Shown here: positions 36,798-50,069 of the stretch, one piece after another | Position numbering within the stretch: the first letter of the stretch is position 1 | Layout: each line of letters starts with the position of its first letter | Source of the DNA: Octopus sinensis | Taxonomy: Eukaryota | DNA length: 64,000 nt | NCBI RefSeq assembly: GCF_006345805.1 | Contig: NC_043005.1 | Location: 63,364,001-63,428,000, forward strand | Reading direction: 5' to 3' | Program-made: the position numbers and the translations under genes | The notes under the pieces: model-generated | Told to the model about the DNA's origin: nothing | Database searches by the model: none | The model's input: only the letters and a program-made list of their open reading frames with translations

Positions 36798-38599
36798 TGT
36801 GATTTGTGGAAATGATCAGTGATGCATTAAATGTTTATAAATTCCATCCAAGGATTATTGTTATTATTATTATTATATTTATCCTACATTAGATCGGTAC
36901 AGCTCGATGCAACGCCCAAAAACTAGTTCACCAGTCAGCATCATTAGACTGTGGCTGGCATAATAGAATAGGACCTTTGGTAAATATTTTGTAAAGGATC
37001 CATTCATATCTCGGTGTGAAATACTTTTTGTCCACATGTTTTTTGAGTGCATTTAATACAGCTCACCTCCAAACCTGTTGCAAGCTACTTTTTTCTGGAA
37101 AAGAAAGTGGTGGGGTGGGGTGAGACCTTGGAGTTTCCACCGACAGAGTTTTGTTCCATGGTTTTTTCTTTTCGGTTATTTCACATGCTTCCACCGAATA
37201 TGACATTGAAATCATGCATAAACAGCTCCTTTTCCTCAGAAAAAGAAAGATTTGGGTGCTATTTTTAGCATGCCCTACTAGCACACAACAGCTATTTCAT
37301 ATATATATATATATATACACATATATAAAAGATCTTTTTCAACTTTACAAAATAAATCATTATCTTCTGTAGTTGTTAAATTGTTAACTGCAGAAGATAG
37401 TGGTTTAATTTGTTAAGTCGAAAAAGCTCTTTCATTCCATTTAACTATCACTTCAATAATCATATTAGGCAACTTTAGAATGGTATTTTTTTTTTACTTT
37501 ATCTATTTCTTTTTACGGTAAACACTTTAGTTTTACAATTTTAGTGCAATCCTTCACAAAGTTAAAAGTAAAAGTAGATGAATTAGCTTTAAGGAGTGAA
37601 TTTTATTGCGGAAAAGGCAAAAATCACATTGCAGTGAAGAGATTTTGCTAAAGTTTTGATAGAAGAGTCGAAAATTGAAAAGAGCGTAGGTGTTGTATGA
37701 AAGACAAATGTAACTGGTGCGTCTACAATAATGAAAGTTTATGGGAAAATCTCACTATTTTATTCATTTTTAACTTCGTAGAGGGCTGTTGCAAAATCGT
37801 AGACTAAAAGACTTTAAAAGAAAACAAAACCGTCTATGAGTTAGTTAATTGCCCAAAAGAAATTAGATGAAATTTATTGACATCTTTCGTTTAACGAAAT
37901 ACATGCAAACACACACACACACACACACATGCAATCACACACACACACACACACACATGCATGCACTCACATACACACATATGCATACATATACATACAT
38001 ATACATATATTTACACCCACACACATACTACATAGGAATGCATAGCATTATGTGAGCAATGCATTCGTGAAAGCTTGCCATAATGCAAAATCTCATAACG
38101 GGAAATTACTGTGCTTGGAGATGTTAGAATGAAAGTTATTGGGAAGATGAGGAGAATGGTAATGATTTGAACCCTAACTGCTAGATACTCAGCTAGACAT
38201 CATGAGTGAGCTGCCACAGTTTCATGTGATTGATCTATAAATCAACCAATCAGTATAAAGCTGTGGTGTGATATGGCTTACCCAGATGTTCTAAAATCTA
38301 ACCCCTTTCCACCTTATGAAAACAGTTTGGCACCTAACTCATTGCAGAAAGCACCTCTTGCCAGGTAGTCAACTTCAGACAGTTAGGCAGATGACCTCCG
38401 GGATTCAAGTAGATGGCTTTTATTTTTTGCATGGACATACCGAATCTGAACATTTACACGATGTTCCATAAGTACTTTCTATGGATTCTGAGTGGTTTTT
38501 CTCTCCTCCTAGTCATCAGTTATATTATTAATAGTTTTCATTCTAATAAACAACACCAAATATGTCCGGAGAAAAATATTAAAATTAAATGTTTGTGAG

Positions 38600-39680
38600 T
38601 TTGCTTCAGACATTATTCACACAGCCAACAATGACATTTCACACAAGTACTACAACAGGGTAATCATGCCATCCATGGTAACTCAAACTTCTAAAATATG
38701 TCATCATTAACCAGCTTGACCTGAGTGAACATAATCACCATGGCATTTGGAGACATCCAACGTACATCTTCTTGGGATTTGGGGAATCTGACACAAGAAG
38801 AGGCCAGCAAAAAAGAACCTGGAACAACAGAAACCCAATTCATAAATCTCTTGAAAATCAACCCCACCACCAACATCAGTAAGTTCAAAAAGGCAGATGT
38901 CAAAAGCTAGTAACTTTTACCACTACAACCCCAACCCTTTTAAGCTATGACATTGATATGCTGATAGTGTCTGTTTATGGATTGGGCATATTTTTTTTAT
39001 CGTGTGACTAACTTTTCAGTACCAAGGAAAGCTGTGACTTCTTTCAAATGCATTATTCCAGAACAAATTTTATCCAGAACCTTCCGAGTTTGCAGCAGTA
39101 AAGGGTATTTAATCTTTCCATATCCATGTTGTTTGAGCGATTCCTAATAATTTGCGCTTAAATATGGTATCTTCACATAGTATTATGGATATCTCCTGTT
39201 CCAATACTTTTAACGCGAATATTTATCCTCCTGCCTTTGTTTCTTCCATTTTTTTCCTAAGATGACCAAAGACAAAATTCAGGCTCTGACATAGATTTGT
39301 GCAATTGCAATTGCCTCAATATTCTGTGTACTCAAATTCTCATGGCTGAAGGACTTTGAGAAATTATTCATTCAATCGTTGTGAATTTTGTTGGTATCAC
39401 TACCATTTTGGTATTAACGCATGCAAATGCATTCAACCATGTTCTTTCAAGTTAGTTGCTCAAAAGCAGGAAAATGGCAGCTTATTTCTCAGTAAAGCAC
39501 TTATGTCATTTTTTGAAAGGAAGAACTTTCACCATTAACCTACGCATTACAATCCAACATGGATAAATATTTCCCAAGAGATATTAAGCACCTTGATTAT
39601 ATTTCATAGTTTACTGTGGATATTCATCATATCAAGGGTACTGAAAATTCTGCTGCAAATGCATCATCCCTTTTTCATAT
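38600..39680 (+). mobile_element. Degraded Ty3/Gypsy pol (RT-RNase H) fragment
   Basis: AAYFSVKHLCHFLKGRTFTI...YALQSNMDKYFPRDIKHLDYIS*FTVDIHHIKGTENSAANASS (39478-39668) is a Gypsy RNase H signature; upstream RT similarity is weak. Confidence 0.7.
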
Positions 39681-39999
39681 CAAAGCTTTGTACTTTGGTC
39701 ATACACTCAAACATTTTTTAACAAAAAAAATTCTTTTACAGTTGTTAAAAAAAAAATCAGAAAAAGAACTGCAGAACGGTTTGTGTATCTTGTGAACTTA
39801 TTGTTACATGAATTTTATCTCACCATTTATTCCACATTCGAGCATGTTTTTCTTTCTTTTTCTTCTTTTTTTTTGGCACTTGTGTTGGCATACTGTATTT
39901 CTATGTAAATTCTCTGTTTTATTATTTCATCCTTTTCACTTTCATCATGAAGAACTGGGAGGAAGGACTACATGTGGTTCAACATGTCCTTCCGCTCTT

Positions 40000-40468
40000 T
40001 TTTGTTCAAAGAGAATTGGAGAGGAAGTCAAGAAAAGATTATTGAAGTGCTACATCTGGTCGGTGCTAACGTATGGATGTAAGTCTTGGATGATAAGCAA
40101 AGTCATGGAGAAATGACTCAATGCTGCAGAAATGTGGTTTTATAGAAACATGCTTAGAATCTCGTGGGTACAGAGGATGTTGAAGAAGATGAAGGTGAAG
40201 AGACATTTGATGGATACTATTAGAGAGAGACAACAGAGATTTGTTGGTCATTTTCACAGAGACGATAATGGAATGGAGCATTACATGGTAGAGACTGAGC
40301 TGGTGGGAAGGAGAGTGAGAGGAAGGCAGAGAATGAAGATATTTGACTGGATGAAGAAGAGAATGAATGTGCAGAGCGAGAAAGAACTGAGTGATGTTAC
40401 GAGATACAGAAATAAATGGAGGAGAAACAAGCCATGATTTGTCAATGGTATGAATATGCCATGACACA
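40000..40468 (+). mobile_element. RTE/BovB-like LINE 3' fragment
   Basis: LLKCYIWSVLTYGCKSW...LNAAEMWFYRNMLRISW...RQQRFVGH...GRRVRGRQR. Confidence 0.85.
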
Positions 40469-41519
40469 AGGGGGGGGAATGTATAGATTTAGAGTGATTT
40501 AACTGTTATTTCTTGCAATTGAATTAATTATGTGTTATTAGTGCAAACTAGACACAGAAAAATACTGCTAAGAATTCGTCATTACAAGGATTTGAAACAC
40601 TCTTTGTACTAAAGTTATTTTAAAATTTCCTGATTTAAAAACAATGCCTTTTGTCCAGAAAAACTCCTTATTTGAGCCAGCCTTCATTTAATTTTATCTC
40701 TTCTCCTCTCTTAATTTTTAATCACTCTGTTTATTTTATTTTCTCCATATGTCATCATGCATAGATTATAACCATATCAAATTTTTTCCCTTTAAATCCA
40801 CCAGTGTTATCACTTTTTTATGGAAACTGAAATGAAATTTATTCCAAGAACTAATCACCTATATTATAAAGTAATATGGATATCTCAAAATAAATTAAGA
40901 AACTGCTCTCACATTGTTCACCAAAAGAGGGATTACTGTAAATAGAATTTTCTGCTAGACTTTTTTTTTCTTTCCTTGCAATTAAAAATCCTTGGAAACT
41001 AAATACTCATTGTTTTGTTCAAATGTTAATTGGAGACATTTTGACAAAGATTTATGTTCAATACTGTGTTCTTTTCGACAAACATTATTTTATGAATGTT
41101 TTTTGCAGATTAGCTTTAGTTGCAAATATTTCTTCTTCCTTTATTAGAAAACTTGTCTAAAAATTCAAACACAATTGAGTGATTGGTTTTCTTGCTTGGA
41201 GTCTTGTAACCAATTTTTATGTGATCATTGGCAGTATCACATTATAACATTGAGTAAAGGATATTATTTTATTTGCTACAAATTTTCTAATAGAAAATTA
41301 AAAAATTACAAGTTTATTACAACATAAAGTTAATATATTAAGTAAGGCACCTCACTCTTATCAGACTTAATAATCCTCCAAAAATGTTGAACTTGGTAGG
41401 TTTCATTCAGTAACAGTATAAAAGATAATTAAAGAGATAAAATAAATCCCTGATGTTACTGCTGTTGCTGTTACTATAATTGTTGTTGTTGATGTTGCTG
41501 CTACTAAAAAGACTTTCAT

Positions 41520-41720
41520 CACAAGATGAAGTCAACCACATTAGGTATACGGAAGAGTAATATAAAGACATCATCACAAACTTTATAGGAAAAACAGTCT
41601 GCAGAACAGGTGAAAGGACTGGAGAATACTCACATGAATACAATGAAAGGAAACAGACTATTAACATGCCATAGAGAAATACAATGGATCAATAAACATC
41701 CAAGAAAATAAATGCATTAC
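41520..41720 (+). mobile_element. Possible R4/Dong C-terminal remnant
   Basis: Weak similarity to the region preceding the restriction-like endonuclease. Confidence 0.3.
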
Positions 41721-41899
41721 TTGTAGCACCAAGAAACTTCTTCATAAACTACATTTAAACTGCTCCACTGCAGTTTAAAAATCTTCTCTCTCTTTCTCTC
41801 TCCTTTCACCTTGGACAATAACTTTTAGGGTAAAAGGTTTGCAAGCAGGATAAACAAGCTAGACATTATTTCCAAGTGAGACAATCTAATCTTTCACTA

Positions 41900-42155
41900 G
41901 ATTCCATTTGATTATAATATCATTTATAATATAGTCTAGGATGAAGAGAGCAATGAAGTTTGGGGACAAGGCCTTTGTTTGAGAGAGCAAAGCATTTTTA
42001 ATGTATAACACTGACGGAAAGCCTGTAGCAGTGATGGTAAGTCCAGCATGTTTAAAATCTAATTCTATTAATAATCTTGCATACTTGATGAGTTTTAGGC
42101 AAATATTTAAAGATAATTGTTTTGTGACATGATATATTAATGGGATTTTTTTCAA
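41900..42155 (-). mobile_element. Possible I-group LINE C-terminal remnant
   Basis: LIELDFKHAGLTITATGF resembles LDxIHHxGLRIATGAF. Confidence 0.35.
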
Positions 42156-42539
42156 TGTCTATCATGTGTCACTGAAGTACTTGCAGCACATCACTGACCT
42201 ATAAGATAACCTCTATGACTAAGGGTGTAATTTCCTATAATTAGCTATGGATTAGGACAGCTGCATTAAGAAGTGCTGATGCATATAAATAGGGGCAGTT
42301 GCATCAAGAAATGTGATCTCTAATAGTGGAGGGAACGTGTGAAAGAGGTAGATCCAGGATGATGCAGGGCAAAAGGGTAAGAAAGGATCTTCAGATGTTT
42401 GGCTTCACAGAGAATATGGCAACCGACCAAGATTTCTGATGGCTTGCTGTTTGAGAAGATATATCAAGCTAAGTAAAATTGTCACTGACCATGCATACAG
42501 GTATGTCCTCTACATCGCTGTTTCAACTGAAAGAACCTA

Positions 42540-42725
42540 GGCAGTCTCATGAGAGCTGGCATCATGTAAAAGCACTCATGCTGGTTCCAAGTAAAAGTAC
42601 CCAGCACACTCTGTTAAGTGGTTAGTATTAGAAAGGGTATCCAGCCATAGAAACCATGCCAAAACGGACAAATGGAGACAGGACAGATCTCCAGTTGACC
42701 AGTTCTTGTCAAAATGTCCAACTTA
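42540..42725 (+). mobile_element. RTE 3' tail, degenerate
   Basis: aaaagtacccagcacactctgttaagtggttagtattagaaagggtatccagc. Confidence 0.7.
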
Positions 42726-42784
42726 TACGTTTTGAATTTAAATTTTTGTTTATTTCTTAACTGTACATTATTATTCTTGTTTTC

Positions 42785-42925
42785 TAGCTTTTTCTAATTT
42801 CCACGTCTTCCTTTGCCACTAGCCCTTTAATGAATATTAGGCACTTTAACATATCTGGCATTAATTCTTCCAGCTTACACCTTTCGCAAGCCTTATTAAC
42901 CATACTGGCATATATTACAAAATGT
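42785..42925 (-). mobile_element. Mag-clade gag fragment, paralogous to 24750-24880
   Basis: YASMVNKACERCKLEELMPDMLKCLIFIKGLVAKEDVEIR versus YAGRVNRECE*FKLSKLMPDMFNCLIFSQELTAEKDAEVR. Confidence 0.8.
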
Positions 42926-43559
42926 ATAATAAACCTTTGAGATGATACAAGAAAGATAGAAGACAAGAGTAATAATGTACAAATGTGTAAAGAAAGTACA
43001 AAACGGTGCAACAAAATACACGCATTAAACAATAATTATGATAATGATGATGATGATGGCAAAAATCTCTACCCTGTAACAAAACTTATAATCATTCATT
43101 AGTTTTCATTTACCCATCCTGTTCCCATAAAAATGAAAATTATTCAAGTAAATTTTTGTGTCAGTTAAGATCATTATCTGGTTGTTCCAATCCTGCCAAC
43201 TTTTGGCACCTTGAAGAACCTTTAGCTGAATGAATTGACCCTGGTACTTATTCTATTGGTTTGTTTTGCTGAACTGCTAAGTTATGGGGATATAAACACG
43301 TCAAAATCAGTTGTCAAGCAGTGGTGTGGGTGACACACACTCACACACTCACACACTCACACATGCACACACATCAGGGGAACTAATAAATTCTCCGCAC
43401 TTCCACCATAACATATCTTTATTATTGTCGCATTGCCTTCTGTACATAAATACTTATAATTGGTACCATTGTGGTTATGTGATCACACCATTTTTCCTTT
43501 TGGCTTGACAATATAAGCATGGCCCCTCCACTAGCAATGTGCACTAAAGGAGAACAAGG

Positions 43560-43830
43560 AGCAGTAGTGGTGAACCAGTTCACCAATACCATTTCTTGAG
43601 CTTGCTGAATCTTCTAATCAGTGGTGGAGGTTGACAGGCATCCGCTCCCTCATCATACATCATGTTTGTCTGGTCACTTTTAAACTCCTCGATCCACTCA
43701 TACATACTTCTATACAGTAGTGCACAGTCGTATTGTACTAAAAGCTTTTGATGAATTTCAGCACCTGACACACTTTTCGACCAGAGAAGTCTCAAGTACT
43801 GTTCTTTGTTCTTCTTTGGCACACATTGCT
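43560..43830 (-). mobile_element. mariner transposase N-terminal HTH fragment
   Basis: LRLLWSKSVSGAEIHQKLLVQY...RSMYEWIEEFK...DEGA. Confidence 0.8.
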
Positions 43831-43899
43831 AGTGGAGTGGCCATGCTTACACTATAAAGTTAGAAAGGAAAATGACATGATCAGACTAAAACTTCGATC

Positions 43900-44102
43900 A
43901 TGTAACCACAATAGTACCACAACCAGCATCCTTATCATCACCAACACAAACATCAATACCACCATCATTATCATCATCTTCTTTATCACCATCACACCAT
44001 CACCAACATCCACATCACCATCAATACCACCACCACAACCGCAGTCATTGCCATCATCATCATCATTGTTGTCGTCGTTGTCGTCTTCATCATCATCATC
44101 AT
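43900..44102. repeat. Degenerate (CAT/CAC)n repeat
   Basis: Direct inspection. Confidence 0.85.
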
Positions 44103-45055
44103 AACCACCTAATTCAGATTGTGTTCTTTTTATTTGATGATATTTCTCTATGCCATTCATCAGATTGTAATCTTTTCTTTAGTTTGAATGCTTTTTTCCC
44201 TTTCCACAATTTTGTCCAATTATAGTGTCATTACTAAATTTCCTTATCTTATATACACTCCTCTTTATCCTCATGATACAAATACATAGGTGTCAATTCA
44301 AGACATTATTTCAGGTGTCACACTGCACTCAACTACCTCTACACACACACACAGGCACACACACACACACACACAGCATTACCATCCTTCACTCTTGTTA
44401 TATGTCACTAGAAACACAGAGACCATTCTTATCATATAAATTGCTATTGAACATAAATTATTGCAGAAATTTCTTCATTCCCAGGTTTTTATCCCTGTAC
44501 TTATTCAGTCAATATCTATGCCAATCCAACCTGTTTGACCTCACATCACAAATTTCATTTTCATAAACTTTATATTGAATTAGAATTGAAGAATGGCATC
44601 AGGTGATAAATAACTTTGGAAGTAATCATCATTAGATATTTCAACTGTCTGTGAGATGTACCACATAAATTCTGGCAAATTACTGCTGTCATCAAAACCA
44701 ATGAAATCCGTCTAGCTTCTACTGCCACCCCGCTATTTCTTCCTCTTCGTAATTTCTAGAGAAGATTTCTGTACATGCATCTCTAATTAGTTCACCAATG
44801 GCTATGATAAATATTATAACATTAATTTGTCCTTTTCCACCACTACTACCACCATTTTTTGCAACTTGCTGAGTTAACTTCCATGAAATATTTATCTCTG
44901 TATAATATTTCTGTATCATATTAAATTAGTAAGTTATGTGGCACAAGTATCTGTTTGATCATATGATGATTGCAATTTGATGTATGCATGTATTTATAAA
45001 TATATGCATGTGTGTGTGTGCACACATATGTATGCCTGTATGCAAATGTGTGTGC

Positions 45056-45087
<32 letters not shown>

Positions 45088-45394
45088 TTGCTCTTGTCAG
45101 TTAGTTTCAACATATGATTGTTTGAAGGAGAGGACATAGAGTTAAAGAGAGTAATAGAAAGTAAAGACATGAAGAAGCTGCATCTATTTTCAATAGATGC
45201 GTAAATGTAATTTCAGTCCAGACATGGATTTTGCTATAAAGTTGCAATGGAGACATTGACGATTTTGAGTTTGTCTGGGATTGAGCAAGTGCGTCTGTTG
45301 ATTGCGGAATATAGTTCTTCTATTGTTCTTTTCTGTCAGCTCAAATTGTTTGGATGCATCATATATATATATATATATTATATATATATATATA

Positions 45395-45880
45395 TATCAT
45401 CATCATTTAATGTTCGTTGTCCATGCTTGCATGGTTTGGATGGCTTGATCAGGGCTGGGAAGCTGAGAGGCTGCACCAGACTCCAATCTGATTTGGCATG
45501 GTTTCTACAGCTGTATGCAGCTTCCTAATGCCAATCACTGTGAGAGTGTAATGTGTGCTTTTAAGTCTCACCTGCATGAGTGCAAGTTACCTGACACCAG
45601 TATCTGCCATGACTATGATTTCACTTGGCTTGAAAGGTTTTCAAGCACAGCGTATTGCCAAAGGTCTTGGTCATTTGCCATTGCCTCCTTGAGACTCAAC
45701 ATTTAAAAGGTGCTTTTTACATGTTACCAGCACAGGTGCTAGTTATGCAACATTGGCACAAATGCTACTTAGATGACACTGGCATTGGCCACATTGCCTC
45801 TGTGAGGCCCAACACTCAAAAGATGCTTTTTATGTGCCACCAACATGGGTGCTAGTTATGTGACACCAGCATCATCCACA
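45395..45880 (-). mobile_element. RTE-tailed element (3' UTR variant)
   Basis: (CAT)n-ttaatgttcg...ccatgcttgcatgg is the reverse complement of the RTE tail, preceded by tandem units. Confidence 0.7.
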
Positions 45881-45929
45881 TTTGATACAAACATTTCAGA
45901 GTGTTTGGGTGTCAATCTAGGGACAGTGC

Positions 45930-46345
45930 AATCTGAGGACATTTATCAAGAGTGATAAAAATCAAGCACCCAGTCAAAATCATGGTGTTTGAAGTGATCA
46001 CTACTGATGTTGATGTTATACCTCCATTCATCTTCCCACACGGGCCCAGACTCAACACAGATGTCTACATCAAGTGCCTGGAGGAAGTAGTGCTGCTCTG
46101 GGCCAAGAGAGTGGTTGCTAGAAGACCGTGTCTGACAACAGGACTCTGCACCATGCCACACAAGCAGGAGTACCCAGTCGTGGCTATCAGACAATTTTGG
46201 TAACTGCTTCACTCCTAACGTCTGGCCACTCAACTCCCTAGACTGTAACCCCCTTGATTATTATGTGTGGGGCACAGTTGAATGAGAGATCAACAAAACT
46301 CCTTGTAACAGCAAAAATTAACTGAAGGTAAGGATTGTGGGGTAG
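45930..46345 (+). mobile_element. DD37D (maT) Tc1/mariner transposase fragment
   Basis: QQD(46142)SAPCH...NSLDCNPLD(46256)YYVWG; 37 residues lie between the two Asp. Confidence 0.88.
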
Positions 46346-46419
46346 CATTCACCAACTTAACATACATACATACATACACATATAATACACTCACACACAC
46401 ACACATACATACACACACT

Positions 46420-46610
46420 TGAAGGTCCTTCCTGAGCCACAGGCTCATAAGGCCAGTTTCCTGCATTCTGTGACATATTCATTCCCCACACTGAATGGAA
46501 TGCTGATTCATCACTAGATTACTCATTTTTGCCAGCTGTGTGGACTGGAGTAATGAGAAATGAAGTGTTTTTTACTCAAGGACACAGCATATCATTCAAA
46601 CTAGGAATTC
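46420..46610 (-). mobile_element. tRNA-derived SINE, other family, partial
   Basis: Minus strand gtgtccttgagtaaaaaacacttcattt...ccagtccacacagctggcaaaaatgagtaa. Confidence 0.45.
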
Positions 46611-47199
46611 ACATACACACACACATGTATATATATATATATATATATATTAATATTGCCCTTATGTTCAGTTATAATAAAACAAATTTACATCAATCGG
46701 ATTGGTTACTCTATACTTTTGCAGATTACAAATTTATTATTTTAAACAAGAATGTTGTTGACAGTGATTTAAAGTTTCAGCCAGCTAACCCATTGTTGGG
46801 CTGTATATATATGTGTGTGAGTGTGTGTGTGCGCGTGTGTGTATGTGTGTGTGTGGGAATACCTACACACACACACACATGTATTAATGATTGGGTCATT
46901 AAGAGACAAATGTGAAACATGTACTCATAAAAGAATTCAGAAGCCATGATGAAGTTATATTTATTGTATACAGGAGCTGACTCTCACCTTCAAGTCTCAA
47001 TTTTCAAGGCTTATTCAAAGGCAAGATTTTGTAGGAAATGGCAGAAAACTTGTGTGGGAAAAGAGAAATGTAAAAGAATTCAGTTTTCATAGGTAATATA
47101 CTCTACAGTAAGTATTGAGTACACATTTTCTTCGTTGATAAAGAACAAACTGACATTTGAAGGGAAACAACACATACACACACATACACATTTATACAA

Positions 47200-47505
47200 G
47201 AAAGGAGCATCAGGTCAGTTTCGTCACTGCTTCAGGATACAAACCGATGATATGTTGGTATGACAGAAGAGCCATTCAAAGGATAGTTTCCTTTGAACAT
47301 TTCTTCTTCCTTCAGTGTTACGGAGATGTTGAATGTAAGAAAACATGCAAACTACAAATTGATGCTGAAAGAAAAGACTGTGACCTACAGCAGCAACTGA
47401 AGGAAGATTACGGAAAAGTGCAAAGCATATATGAATGGCAGATAAAAAGGTGTGGTGTTTGCTACAGCCAGGAAAATACTAATGCTGATGAACTGACACC
47501 ATGAA
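47200..47505 (+). mobile_element. Possible RTE endonuclease-domain remnant
   Basis: Weak APE-like spacing (GYKP...QCY..D...CGVC...TN). Confidence 0.3.
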
Positions 47506-47578
47506 TATACTGAAACATCAATATATGTCAAGTACTGCATGTATGTAGACGTATCGAATGCATACAGAAAGCAATATA

Positions 47579-47615
<37 letters not shown>

Positions 47616-47709
47616 ATACGCATACATAAATGCACACACACAGATACACAAATACGTGTACATACATTCATACATACATACATTTATATATATAAAGTTA
47701 ATCCAAATA

Positions 47710-47943
47710 TCAAAGTACAAAGAGAAAACACAACAAGGCGAGGATGTGGAACAAGTATAGTGTTATTGGATGCTCAGGAAAGGAAAGAAAGAAGGAGGAT
47801 TTAACGTTTCGAGCGGAGCTCTTCATCAGAAACATAGAAAAAGGAAAGGTCCTAGGAAGGGAAGACAGAGGAAAAAGAATCGCCAACGATACACACGCAC
47901 TCACATATTGAATGGACATATATATTAAATGGATACATTGAAT

Positions 47944-47985
<42 letters not shown>

Positions 47986-48720
47986 AATGGACATAGAATG
48001 GACATATATATATATACATACACATATACATATATATATATATATATATGAAGTTTCGAATGGGAAGAGGTCGCTCTTCCTCAAGGATGTATTTCATCCA
48101 AGCGTACACTGGTTTAGCTATACATTGATTAATTTTCCTGAAATTTGTTCATTTTCATCTTTGTCCCTTCTCTGTCCACTAGTCATCTTGTCTTGCATAT
48201 TATCTCATTGTTATATTGTATATTGTATATTTATTTCATATATATATTCACTTTCTGTCATGTTTGTTCCCTTGTCTTTTGGCTTTCTATTTTTCAGCAC
48301 CTTCTCATCGCTGGCACCACCAAAGAGGAGCAATATTACCATTGAAAGTGTGAAGTTGCGTAGATCCTTTGGGTGATATCTGATGAGGAATTGGCAACCT
48401 TCTGTGTTAGATTTCCACTTGTTTGTGCTTATATACACTTGTGAGGAATTTTTTGAGGGACTTTGATTGTCTTTTATGTTTGATGATTTTGTGTATTTTA
48501 AATGCTTATTGGGTCTTGTTTTAGTAGTGGGATGTTCTGGTGATAATATTATAAACCTCTGTGTTTCTTGGGTTTATATATATATATATAGTTCAAATTT
48601 AGAGAAAACAAAAGATGAAGTCAGGTGAGGGAACAACAGCCAGGTATATTAATTTGATTGCTTGGGAAGAATGGAAGTCTTTGATGTTTTGAGCTTATGC
48701 TCTTTGGCAGAAATTGATGA
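47710..48720 (-). mobile_element. Penelope-like element remnants (pseudo-LTR copies at 47710-47895 and 48600-48720; coding remnant 48050-48570)
   Basis: PRNTEVYNII...KIHKIIKHKRQSKSLKKFLT resembles the PLE linker before GIY-YIG; two hammerhead-like motifs are present. Confidence 0.65.
47799..47833 (-). ncRNA. Minimal type I hammerhead-ribozyme-like motif
   Basis: GUUU-CUGAUGA-A-GAGC-UCC-GCUC-GAAA-CG-UU-AAAU; activity not demonstrated. Confidence 0.55.
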
Positions 48721-49569
48721 GAGGGAAAATAATGGAGTTAGGAAAAAATGGAGAAAAAAAAAACAGAGAGAGAAAAATATCTGTAGCAATTAAGGGTTAG
48801 AAGAAAGAAGAGGAAAGGAATTATGTAGAATAAATAAAATAAAAATAGAAGTAGAAAAATTAACAGTTTTTAAGATAGTGATAATTATTGTTACTAGTGT
48901 CAACATTGTCATCATTGCCTTCGTCTTCCAGGTGGATATTTTTAGAGTTCAACTGAGTATAGCTGTATATTTATAATGAAAAATAAGTTACAGTGCACAA
49001 GTTCTGAAATATAAAAATGATTCCTGTTAAATGTTTAAACTTGGCAAAGGTAAGTGAATGGTTGATTAGAAATAGATGAATAACTGAATAAATGTGGTAA
49101 TAGTTTTAAATTTAGCAATTATTTTTAGCGCTCTCACTTTCATCAATCATCCTTATGCTCAAGTGAAAATTATTGGATCATCATATCAGGAATATCTGGA
49201 ATAATTAAATTAAATGAAACCCACGTTAATGTGCCAACTTAATGCTTGACATATAACTCATCATCTTGTGAATAACTGCGGTTCCATTATATAAGGAGAT
49301 AAAGAGAACCACTAATAAATTTTAAAATTGAAGTAAAAAGTGGCTTCAAAAATGATTATTAAATAAATCAAATCAGAGCTGATTTTCTTCAGTTAATAAT
49401 ACTATATAATGAATTAAAGCATTAACAGCTTAAAATTTTCTAACAGAAGCAAATTGTAATCTCACTTTAAAATTTTTAAGCTTTCTAGAAAGCATGTAAT
49501 CCATTGTTAAACAAAGCAAAGAATTGTAACTGAAGTTAAATCTAAATGTTGGATAATGACTGAAAGAGT

Positions 49570-49860
49570 ATGATTGCAAAAACAGGCTGTCAAAATACAG
49601 TTTCTTCAAACGATCTCTGGAATAATGCTATTCAATATAGAAGATACCTCAGAGATCAGGGCATTTATCCAGATCAAGCAGCGACTTCTCTTCATTGAGA
49701 AGTTAGAGTAAAGAATTGCAAGACAACAGTTTCTTCAAGCAAAGCCAACAAGCAAGAAACCTTGTGTGTAGACCTAGAACGAAATTGCTGGGATAATATC
49801 TATTGTCTCAGTTGGTTATATTAGGGAATCCAGCTGGAAAGTGTACTGATGGCTGCTTCT
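49570..49860 (-). mobile_element. Highly degraded LINE RT fragment
   Basis: Traces of FRSRST and LLDLDKCPD (LDxxKAFD-like) motifs. Confidence 0.35.
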
Positions 49861-50069
49861 GATAGGCTGCTATGGTGGAAGGAGGTGACTGCAGACTGTA
49901 AATCCCATAATCTGTCCAGGATGGATGAAAGGATGGAAGAAGTTAAAACATTTATACCATAAACCTCAAAGCAAATCAATGATTAAGGTATGTATAAACA
50001 TATTTTCATGAAAACGAAGGCATCTATATATTAGATAGTAGTAAGATAAAGGTGATAAAAGTAACAACA

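Noticed and set aside
37060-37720. Possible mariner and hAT C-terminal remnants on the minus strand
   Set aside because: Only faint motif traces; could not be supported by eye.
44600-44925. Possible exon or piggyBac N-terminal remnant (GGSSGGKG; NDDYFQSYL)
   Set aside because: Frames are short and broken, with no convincing splice sites or motif.
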